Assembly (NCBI GenBank): GCA_001687465.1
Contig: LVLI01000143.1
Location: 50,523 to 70,522 of the forward strand
Length of the DNA stretch: 20,000 nucleotides
Direction of reading: 5' to 3'
Origin: Halocafeteria seosinensis
Lineage: Eukaryota
Below, in pieces: positions 10,406 to 20,000 of this stretch (position 1 is its first letter; each line of letters opens with the position of its first letter). The notes beneath the pieces were generated by a model. That model made no database searches, was not told the DNA's origin, and worked only from the letters and a program-made list of their open reading frames with translations. Position numbers and translations under genes: made by a program.

Positions 10406-10919
10406 AACATCACGAACATTTTGGGACGCAATATTCGTGAAGTTGTTTGTTCGAATGTCGGTCTCGGACATTGATGGCCACCTACGGTCCGTCAATTCTG
10501 GGCTGGCTGGCCAGGGTTGGCCTCGGAGGCTCCGTCAGCCGCTCCGCTCGATGTTGTTGCCAACCTCCGCGAGGACGCTAACGCAGAAGTTAAAATAGCT
10601 GTCATATGTACCCTTGACGATGGAATTTGATTGTTTCAATATATTTAATGTGCGTATGTATGGAATCAAGCAATAACTGAGTTTTAGCTGCCGGACGCTT
10701 CTGGCTTTCGACCGTAACCGCCGTTTGTTGCTTCGGACCGAGGACGTGGACAGAACGAGTGTATACGCTTCAGCTCCTTAAATGAAGCAAAGAAGTGGTT
10801 CTTTAACACATCTATCAGGATCGCTATGACGTATTTCGATGCAAGGATGTATATGCGAACTTGCTTCTTTCCTAGCTCTGTATGGACCGCGTAAGCCTCT
10901 CAGGGGGGATTCAGCCAGA

Positions 10920-12340
10920 TGCCTTCTTCATACTCCTGTCACTGTGCATGTAGCTCCCAAGCAGACCATCTTACGTCAATAAGGAGTGGATACAATGCAT
11001 GCGTAAGGAAATACTTCGAAGAGATGTACGATAGACTGTTTCCCGAGCAGTTGAGAGCGTCGAGAAACCAGTAGCTTCTGCGTGGAACTTGCACCACGGG
11101 CAGTATATGCAGGCTCCTATTCCTACAGGTAATCAACCCAACGCAGGGAGAGCCACTCCCTTTTTCAAATGGTTGCAATAGGACTGCAGACTTCGGTCAT
11201 GGACTGAGGAAATGCCTCTCGGAAGCGACGTGATATTCTCAACCCGAGGAAGAATTTTTCGTGTGGAAGAGACTGTGCACCTCGAGTTAAGACAAAGTTG
11301 TCCAACTGGGAAGCGTTGGCACCCGCCGTACTTCAAATATGTCCTTTATTTGCTTCTTTGGCCAATTTTGGTGAGACCCATTTCTTTGATGTTTGCTGGA
11401 TGGAGCGCTCCTGCTTCTGAGTGCGGGAGCGTTTCGACGCATCTCACAGCTACTACTGTGTTTAGAAACAAGGCATTGTGGAGAAGCCACTCCACGTCAC
11501 GTCACGTCTATCTGTTGGGTGACCAAACCTACATGTAATGAATCTGATTTCTCTTTTCAACCCTTCGGAATCCAGTGTTTAGCCCACATTAATGGAGAGG
11601 ACTCCACTTCCTGCGAAAGATATGGGTTTCGTAGTGTCTCCGGGAGTAGAGGAACGAGAGTGAGGGAAACTCATTCACTGGGAGTCCATGGAACATTGTC
11701 CTTCCTGTTGTCCCGGGAAAAAAAATACCATGTTACCATGTTACGGACTCCTATGAAGTCACGGTTCTGGTTGGGGACCAAGCTCCGGTGGTGGACTGTT
11801 ATCTACTTCCTCGTCGTCCAGCAGGGTGGGGTGCCGAAGGCACTTCGAACCACTAAGGAGTTTATACTGAGTTGCGATCTCTTTGTACTCTGTTTCTGGT
11901 TGCAGCTGAAGACGACTCTTCCGAGAGCGGCATGTGGATGCTTGCTATATCGAGAATTCGCGAGAATTTCGGCTATCGGTATCAGCAGAGCGTTTCGGAG
12001 ACTCTACTCAACAGTCCAAAGAGCTCCGCTGGGCTATCCACAGTATCGAAGACTTAGAGAGGCCTGCCAAAGCCGAACTATTTATGAGTCATTTTTTTTA
12101 GCCGTCTTTGGACCGACAGATTTGACGGATCCCTAACGCGGCGCCAAGGACCACCTGTTGGTATAGTTGACATCCGTCCTCGCTTTTGAGTAAGATTGCT
12201 CGTAGATATACAGTGAGTCAAGAAGCAGGAGGAGGAATTGGAATTCCAAACCAACTTTTGTCGTCGTGGAAATGGCATCGGCGAGTGTAGCTCTTGCTCT
12301 TCGTTGGTTGGCTGGCAGCCAAGCCCGACATAACAAGAAG
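10920..12340 (+). pseudogene. Possible heavily degraded surface-protein relic with HYR/Ig-like strands
   Basis: Fragments in shifting frames with stops: TPVTVHVAPKQ, A*GNTSKRCTI, MD*GNAS, IFRVEETVHLELRQSCP, VTDSYEVTVLVGDQAPVVDC. They resemble the HYR motif D..GN...C.F.V.V.D..P...C. Weak evidence. Confidence 0.3.
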
Positions 12341-12788
12341 TTATCACGCTGAGTGTCCGATCATACTGCACTGGGCTATGATAGAAAGAAAATCGAACAG
12401 AAATGCGAAAAGAAGCCATGTATGGATGAAGGCAGGTGGCATCAGTGGGGATGGACGCATGGGCGTGTCTTTACATGTATCTCCCGGTCTTATTTTATTC
12501 GACAGGGAATATTATGGGCACTTTCGGTGGTGGTATTGTAGGCAGTGATGTGGGTATGCAAGATGGATTTGCCCAACGCATGGAGTGATGGTGCATGGTT
12601 GGTCAGGTGGCCTCAGGAAGAGGCTACAAAAGACGAAAAAAAATACGCAGAAACAAAGACCAGTTGCATGAAGGAATTCTCGGATGGTTTGACAGATTAG
12701 GTATTGAAAAGATGATAGCATAAAGCGAATTCACCCTCTCGCATCAGTTGCGTACTATGTTATTTGGCCTGAAATATTGAGGCTTCTT

Positions 12789-15723
12789 AGTCTAACGAAG
12801 CCGAGCTTCATATGTTTCCCAGATAAGTTGAAAGCTCAGTCTGGATGAACTTGTATCATATTGCATCAAATAAGAGTCAACACTGCTCTTGAGCACATAC
12901 TTAATTAACATAAGATTGTTAAGTTTCGAGTCCCGCTATTTCCAGAAAAATATCACTCATGCGGCTATTGGGTTGCGCCTCAACATTTCTCTTGATTCAT
13001 CCCATGCAATGCCTTGCCGAACATCTTCAGCCTTTTACTGTGCGCTTGGGTCTTTGAACAGGCGGTACAATGACCTTGTCAGGCTGATCGTCTGGTTTAC
13101 CCGTAACGGAAGCGTTATTTGTTTCTGAAGGTGTCGGCATGGAGCTTGTTGGAGTCAAGCTCGACGATGACGATGGAGTGGCACTCGCAGAGGGGGGAAA
13201 GCTGCTTGAAGGAGTCTCCGACCTTGTCGCTGTCGCTGATGGCGTCGACATCGGTGAAGGAGCAGGAGATGACGATGGTAATTGAAAGCGTAGAATCGGC
13301 AGCAAATTCTCCTCTTCGTCGTCACTTTCTCCTCTATCTAAAGCCCATACGTCCTCAGACCATCCTCCCACTTGATATAGTTCTCCCTGTATATCGGTCA
13401 AATTATCTGAATTGGCTGTCTCGACGAGGTTATCTCCACTATCTGTCCCTATGATCGACGCTGCTCCTTCATTCCCATTGTATACCGAATATTTCACGTG
13501 AATAGTACCACCTGCTTCATCAAATATGTGTCCTATAATTCCCCCAGCATCCGTCCCAGTGACTGCACCTGACGCATACGCATTGATGATGTAGACATCA
13601 CCTGTGGCTTGGCCTGATTGCCCTCCTGCTCGGGCTCCTGTAATACCTCCTCCTCCTGTGCCATAAATATCTCCTCGTGTATAGCAATCTACAATATGTA
13701 CTTCACCCTCACTGTCTGCTGCATCATCGCCGCTAATCCCTCCACTATCATCTGCAAATATTTGTCCCATACTATAACATTCCTTGATAAAGACGAATCC
13801 AATGAAACGACCAGCATTGAGACCCACAATACCACCACTGTATTGACCACCAGGAATTATATCTCCTTTGGAATAGGAACGAGTTATATATACTTGACCA
13901 TTCGTATGACCAGCCCCATTTCCACAAATACCACCGGCAAATTGTCCTTCAATATTTCCAGTGGAATGACAATCCGTGATATTGACAATCCCATGATTGT
14001 ATCCTACACTGTTTCCTGCAATACCACCTGCACTATTACCCAGTATCCTGTCGAATACGAATCCGATATCTTGATTTGACCATGATCACGACCACTTCGC
14101 TGACCACATATACCACCACCTGAGGGACCAGCAATATCTCCTGATGAGCTACATGAATCTATGATAAAGAATTTCTGCTGTTTACGGACAATAAATCCAC
14201 CATCGTCTGAAATTTCCCCATTCCTAACATCAAGATTCCGAATCAACGGAGCTTGATCAAACGAAGCAACACTACCCAGTATAGTAAACAATCCTTGGAA
14301 ATCTGTTATTCCACTCAAATCTATGATGTTCCCATTCTGCCGACCACCGTCAAATATCTCATTCGCATCCAACGAGATGTATTCTTGATTCGTATAGCCA
14401 TGATCACCCCATCTCAACACACTACAATTCATTTCAAATTGGTGTTGAGCCGCACTATAATGAAAGCAGGATTCGTCACCATTTAGAATTGCAGATCGTA
14501 AATCGGTTGCTACTGCCTCGTTCAAAAGAATGCAACCGAAAAACAATGACGCCAACATAATCATCGTTCGTGACGAAATATTACTGGTACTTTGCACTGC
14601 GTAAACCAGAGACGCTTTTAAATATGTTCCATGCGGAAGTAGTTTCATTTTCCTATTACGGGATATCCATGGAAATTTATATCGCAAGCGAGAAGCTTTT
14701 TGCAATGGATTACTGGAAGGTGCCGAAAGAACTTCCTCTCCGGGAGTTGTAGACTTCCAACCCAATGCTTGTAAAACCTGCGCTGATGCGATCAGCAGGA
14801 TGAATAAAACAAGCAGTGATTTCTCCTTTGAGATAGTCAAGGTGGGGAACCCAAGGTGCGTCAGGTGATCACAAAAGCGAAATATCTGTCGGACACTACG
14901 GAGTGGATTCATATCGCTCGCTACAGTGCTGGCGGTCGTTAAAGCAACACCTTTTCGTCCGCTCTTAACCAGCTTGTTCCACCAACGAACATAGTCGGTC
15001 GTTGTCCAATGAAACCGTGAATAAAAGTCATCCTTCACTTCGGTATCACTAGTGCTCTCCCGCACGACGTTAGTCGCTGCCAGATGATTCATTGCAACTG
15101 GATCTTCCGGGAGAGTTATACTTAGACACTGCAACCTCCTTCCCGTATTTAGAAGTATGTAGTAGTCACAAAATAACATCTTGTGGGTCCTTTCTCCTCG
15201 AGATAACGAGCCAAACTGAACCGGCATCGGAAGACAATGGACATGGTTTTTACGAATCGAATAAGATGACAGCACGATATGAGCAGAGTAGGCGAAGCGA
15301 TGCACACTCTGGCGAGATCCATACACCAGGAAAGTATCACACTGAGAAGAGAATACCGGTACGCATTGCTCACCGGGATTGGATTTGGGACCGTTCGCTT
15401 GCTTTCGCTCATTGTCGGATATCAAGTGAGGACGGACAGCAATGAAGGCAACCCCAGTCAACATCAGCGTCCATTGAAAGGTGGACGAAGATGATATACG
15501 CTGGGTGGGTCGTGCCATGGTTACAGTACTGTGTTACAAAGTTGAGACAAGGCCGCGCTATATGTACCATATATATGGTACTTTTCCTTGCATCGAACAG
15601 TGTACCTTGGTCCTTGGATCCGTCAAACCAACGACGACTAAAAAAATTGACTCATACCTTGACGGAAAGACCGATGGCTGTAAAGGGGACATATTTCAAT
15701 TTGTTTTTTTTTTTGTTTTTTTT
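12789..15723. repeat. Segmental duplication copy B (~2.93 kb), direct repeat of 7460-10405
   Basis: Same colinear similarity as copy A, offset about 5.3 kb. Confidence 0.95.
13027..15518 (-). pseudogene. GLUG-like repeat surface protein, copy B, split by one 4-bp frameshift
   Basis: ORFs 14004..15518 and 13027..13827 are two parts of one gene. CATC (copy A 8731-8734) is missing at 14046/14047. The downstream frame is open from 14046 (ILGNSAGGIAG...) to the stop at 13027 and keeps LLPILRFQ and the S/T/P-rich tail. Alternative start ATG at 14648. Confidence 0.85.
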
Positions 15724-16769
15724 GTGGCCACTTTCCCTGGTTGGCGCAAATTTCTATTTTTTGTACCCGTGCCAGGGGCGGGCATGGCGCGGCTGAGGTC
15801 GGGTCCAAAGGGCGGTCGTGCCACGACGGAAGGGGATAAAGTTAGGTTCAACTTATGGGAAATGGGGCTTTCAAAGCCTGATTTCCCAACTTCAACAATT
15901 GTCTATATGTACATCAATATACTACTTCATGAGATTCCAATCATACCATCGATGTCGCCATGTAAATATGCGTCGGCTGTTATGTTCGGTGTTTCGCTGC
16001 TTTGTCTGTGTGTGCCGAACTGGGAAGGGTCCCGCAATGTGATCCTGGACGAAGTAGCGTACCTTCACAGCCATTGACAGCATTGAATATCAACTAGTAG
16101 AAGGCTCCATCGAGTATTGGTGGTCACATTATGTACTGTTATGGTAGCGTACATATCTGGGATGTCCCTAGTATGACATTAGACGATGCGGTGCCGCCTG
16201 GAGTCTCCCAGACCGAACGAAGCCTTGGAAGGTGCGTGACAAGTACAGCACTTCACTCCGAAGAACATGAACTATAGAATGACATTTACGATGACAGACT
16301 TGCATGCTATGACCGCTGAGTTCTTTCGATGCTTTGCTTATCGCTCCCCAGGGATAGGTGATAGTTGGATATTCCCCCCGCCCCAGGCAACTCAAACCAC
16401 TTTGGTTGCAAAGTTTCATTTCTTGTTTTTGTTCGGATTTAATATGAGTCTATGGCCTCACCATTTTATGAGCTGTTGTCGGCTCCATTTTGAAGTGTCG
16501 CAAAGTCTTGTCGCTAATATCCAATCCTGATCAGGGAAGGTCGGTACCGTCCTATCGCCTACAAGGCCAGAAGACACACACACATACACAGACTCAACCC
16601 GACAGTAGGAGACTCGGCTTGCGTCTGCTGCGGCGAGAACACTGCTTGTCAGTAATAACTTTCTACTGACGATTGAATGTCTTGTACAATGTACCGTAGC
16701 AAAGGAACCGGTCTATCCGCTTCCTTTCAAAATTACTTAGCTGCATCGTTGTCTTACGTCAATGACCGC

Positions 16770-17440
16770 GGTGGGACAAGCAGCGGCAATTGGATCATAA
16801 CCAGGAATAGTCGAGCGGAACGGAACCAGCTATATAGTTCGTCTTCATCAATTAGTATACCTACTCAAAGGCTCATCCCGCTGTTCGAGAGGGCACGGAC
16901 TGCATGGTTCCACCTTAGGAACCTCCCAATGGTGAAGAGCGCAGAGATTAGGTTCATACGCAGGGTCTTAAACTCGACTGCCGACCGCTTGGCTAAGACC
17001 GCGTCAAACAACCCAATGGGAAATGGTTTCTCTTGCTTAGACTGGCTGCCTAGAGCTACGCATACGGTAGATGATGTCGAGAGGTTTATCGACTTCAGGC
17101 TCCACGACAAGCGGATCCTCGTCCACTGGAGGGGCTACCCCACGACAAGCGGATCCTCGTCCACTGGAGGGGCTACACAGAGGCAGCACAGACGTGGGAA
17201 CCGGTTTCGTGGCTTCAGAAGGACCTGGGTAGCCGCAAATTCTTTGACCTCGAGCAGGAAATGTACTACAATCTGGGCGTTGTTGACGAAACTGAGGTGG
17301 ACGGAACTCCTGGGGTGCCACCTCCCACGTCAGGTGGGCTACTTAACACGGGCGCATACTGCTCCTCGTTAAGAGGATGTGGTCAACTCCCCGGCCGGTG
17401 GGCTATCTGTCACATATGTGTGTGTGTGCGTGTGTGCGTA
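16770..17440 (+). mobile_element. 5'-truncated retroelement fragment: RNase H (RVT_3/archaeal-like) C-terminal half followed by a chromodomain
   Basis: NQL...QRLIPLFERAR...AEIRFIRRVLNSTADRLAKTA fits the RNase HI C-terminal motif R..N..AD.LA. It is followed by DDVERFIDFRLHDKRILVHWRGY and, once the 38-bp duplication is removed, TEAAQTWEPVSWLQKDLG, a chromodomain. A (TG)n-like tract lies at 17417-17439. Confidence 0.75.
17102..17176 (+). repeat. Tandem duplication, 37 bp identical, period 38 bp
   Basis: CCACGACAAGCGGATCCTCGTCCACTGGAGGGGCTAC occurs at 17102-17138 and 17140-17176. Confidence 0.97.
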
Positions 17441-18345
17441 CTCAAAGTTGACACCTCTAACAAACGCAGTGCCTATCAGAATCCGATTTACACGCCCTCA
17501 GTGGGGATGCAGAAGATACCATGAATGCAGGTGTGTTCCCTTTCCTCCATCTTAGGATTCTTGGAGGTATGTTAGAGCCGAATGTGGCAGACACACATTT
17601 CAGTGTGTCTAATCAATACTATACCTAGTGATTCAATACCCGTACGGGGTGAGGATCAACTTCACATCCCTTTCACGGCTTGCAGTGGGATTGGAGAAAT
17701 GAAATCGACTATTTGGTTGTAAAGACTGAAGCATTAGTTCCGGCATTACCGTTGATAATCGATTCGAAGCCCGACTTGGCAATGACAAAACTCTGGACAG
17801 TATCCCAGTACTGTATTACCCAGCAAGTGGACGTGATTGTAGACGTGTGGGAAGGGTATCACGCTCATGTGCATCGTCTTTAACGCAACTCAGACGTAAA
17901 TAGATGATCGCTGACTTGGTTAGACGTGGCGAGAAAGTCGCGCCAAAACGCGACGCTGGCGAGTGTATTGTGGAGCTGCCGAATCGGGCAGTACCGATTG
18001 AAACTTGGCTGCAAGCCGCCGTGTATCACAAACGTACACTGCGTACGGTACACAAATCGACAGTTTCCAGCCTTTTACTCCCGAAACGAAGCGAAGAAAC
18101 GATCAGAGATTCCCAAAGAAGCTGACACATAACCTTTACCTCCGTTGAGGCGAGGGAGCAAGCCAAGCAAGCCACTAAATCCTGAATTAGGAACGAGTCA
18201 AACTCGTGATATTCTGTGATGGAATTATAGGGGTAGCGGCCATTGGAGTGCAACAATTATTGCCTCGTTGTACGAGAATTCTCCGGTTACACTTACTCGA
18301 CACTACTTTATCATATAGAAAAGACAGCAATTTGAAATACGTCGG

Positions 18346-18995
18346 AACCCTGCTTTCCGATTAGCTCGAAACAACCGAGATATGAATGTACAATTTGATG
18401 ATTCGGAATTAATTAGGACGCCTAGATTGATCTACATATGAACCTATTTCATCCCTATGTCAATTGGGTCTTCAGAATATTTGATCATACGGATTGGACC
18501 ACAGTTTAAGTACCTGGGAGGTACGCTACAACCCGATTCCCCGACTAGCGAGAAACAACTGAGATATGAATATACAATTTTATGATTCGGAATTAATTAG
18601 GACGCTTAGATTGATCTACATATGAAACTATTTCATCCCTATGTCAATAGGGTCTTCAGAATATTTGATCATACGGATTGGACCACAGTTTGAGTACCTT
18701 GGGAGGTACGCTACAACCGACTAGCGAGAAACAACTGAGATATGAATATACAATTTGATGATTCGGAATTAATTAGGACGCTTAGATTGATCTACATATG
18801 AAACTATTTCATCCCTACCTCAATAGGGTCTTCAGAATATTTGATCATACGGATTGGACCACAGTTTGAGTACCTGGGAGGTACGCTACAACCCGTTTTC
18901 CCGACTAGAGAGAAACAACGGAGATATGAATATACAGTTTGATGATTCAGAATTAATTAGGACGCTTAGATTGATCTACATATGAAACTATTTCA
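18346..18995. repeat. AT-rich tandem satellite, about 3.5 units of 184/176/184 bp
   Basis: GAAACAAC anchors at 18368, 18552, 18728 and 18912. Units are near-identical (GAGATATGAAT...AATTAATTAGGACG...TAGATTGATCTACATATGAA...GGGAGGTACGCTACAACC). Confidence 0.97.
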
Positions 18996-19007
18996 GGTTA
19001 GGGTTAG
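18995..19007 (+). repeat. Short telomere-like motif AGGTTAGGGTTAG
   Basis: About 2 TTAGGG-register units sitting exactly where the last satellite unit is cut. Confidence 0.45.
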
Positions 19008-19377
19008 CATCACATACAATCCCCGGTGTACGCAGTAGACTTGTTCTTACTTATTTGTTTTGTCTTAGCGTATTATCCTTGTCTCAGTACGCAGGTGCCA
19101 ACGCCAGCCGTTAATTGACTTGAAGCGGGCACTCGGAAGCTAATGATACCAAATCGCCCCAGAAGGCCGGCCGAATGTCACGCGGATCAATCAATCACAG
19201 GGGTGCTCCGTTGAGTTATATCGCACTGCGTCTCGTGCGAGCACGTTCTTTCTTGCCTTGCCAGCACTGCCAGAGCTGTAGCTGAACCAGAGCTCCAGGA
19301 TGATGGGCTTGCAAAGTATTATGCAATTCGATAGTATAGGCGGTCTCCAAGAGGAGGTTCGTGTCGTTCTGTGATGT

Positions 19378-20000
19378 TTATGGGTACCTGACGTTGGGAA
19401 ATAATTGAACGCTAAGTGCTGCCATCGCTAACATCATCTTCGGAGTCCGGCGCGCATGAGGAATCATTCTCCCCCAGCTGGTAATCGTTGTTACCAATAC
19501 TATCTTGACTACTGGTAGCTTGTGTAGCACCCTCATCAGACTCTGAGGCACACGACAATTGTTGGCCGGTTCAGAAACCGATGCACTGTTTTGGGAACGC
19601 AAATGCTCAAACTCTTGGATATACTCGACTAATTCTTCATGTGGGTCTTCTTGACCAGACTTCATCCACGCGATGACTTGTCTATATCTTTCGAAACGCA
19701 TATCTTCTGGGCTTAGGCAAACAGGCCTCCGAAGGACAAGTGACCGAATAAGGGAAAAACCGATCATGGATGAATCATTCACTTCCGCACCAATTCCTGG
19801 TATTGGTATATGTATGTACGTCGCTGTTACTCCATCGTGGGTCCGATCAATCCAACGATGTACAGAATTGATTGAATCTCTGTGCGAGTCCACTGTTGCG
19901 TTAATTAAGAAAATCCGGCAGTTAGTGTGTGATAGGCAAATGACAAAAAATTGCCAGTCCGGATCGTTGCCAAACATGGCGATGTTGAATTTATCCACTT
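19378..20000 (-). pseudogene. 5'-partial ORF with a Ulp1/peptidase C48-like domain lacking catalytic residues; probably frameshifted near 19560
   Basis: DKFNIAMFGNDPDWQFFVICLSHTNCRIFLINA...IPGIGAEVNDSSMIGFSLIRSL...PVCLSPEDMRFER follows the C48 layout (iP....HW.l.vi......I...DS...Q.N..DCG.f......f...dm...R). The frame is open to the window edge. An acidic Ser-rich tail (SCASESDEGATQATSSQDS...DSEDDVSDGST*) lies in another frame. Confidence 0.5.

Noticed and set aside
10393..10444. Rho-independent terminator
   Set aside because: The T run precedes the hairpin on the plus strand and reads as an A run after it on the minus strand; the context is eukaryotic.
11393..12136. 247-aa ORF as an intact gene
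   Set aside because: It starts at TTG, has no coherent domain, and the protein-like fragments switch frames; treated as part of a possible pseudogene.
7984..14230. Diversity-generating retroelement (template/variable repeat pair)
   Set aside because: Differences between the copies are not adenine-specific (e.g. ACT GCA GTT AAA vs ATT TCA GAC GAT), they span the whole gene, and no reverse transcriptase domain is visible in the window.
15481..16077. 198-aa plus-strand ORF as a gene
   Set aside because: It reads through the T tract (FVFFFVFFV) and the duplication boundary, overlaps copy B antisense, and has no recognisable domain.
17680..18256. Short ORFs at 17680-18256 as genes
   Set aside because: All are under 80 aa with no recognisable motif on either strand, and I could not build a convincing splice model.

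Overview
Eukaryotic, protist-like genomic DNA, judged from three short 66-75 bp GT-AG introns. The left end holds a spliced NCA2/DGS1-family gene on the minus strand that runs off the window. Divergent from it are a degenerate 91-131 bp tandem repeat and a single-ORF 24-aa leucine-rich-repeat gene. The rest looks like a fast-turnover accessory region. It has two ~2.9 kb direct-repeat paralogs encoding probably secreted Gly-rich GLUG-like repeat proteins, each disrupted by different lesions and differing mainly at periodic positions of the repeats. It also has eroded relics of FG-GAP and possibly HYR-like surface-protein genes, a retroelement fragment with RNase H directly followed by a chromodomain broken by a 38-bp duplication, and a 184-bp satellite ending in a TTAGGG-like motif. 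A truncated Ulp1/C48-like ORF lacking catalytic residues lies at the right edge. All family assignments come from motif recognition by eye; no database searches were run.
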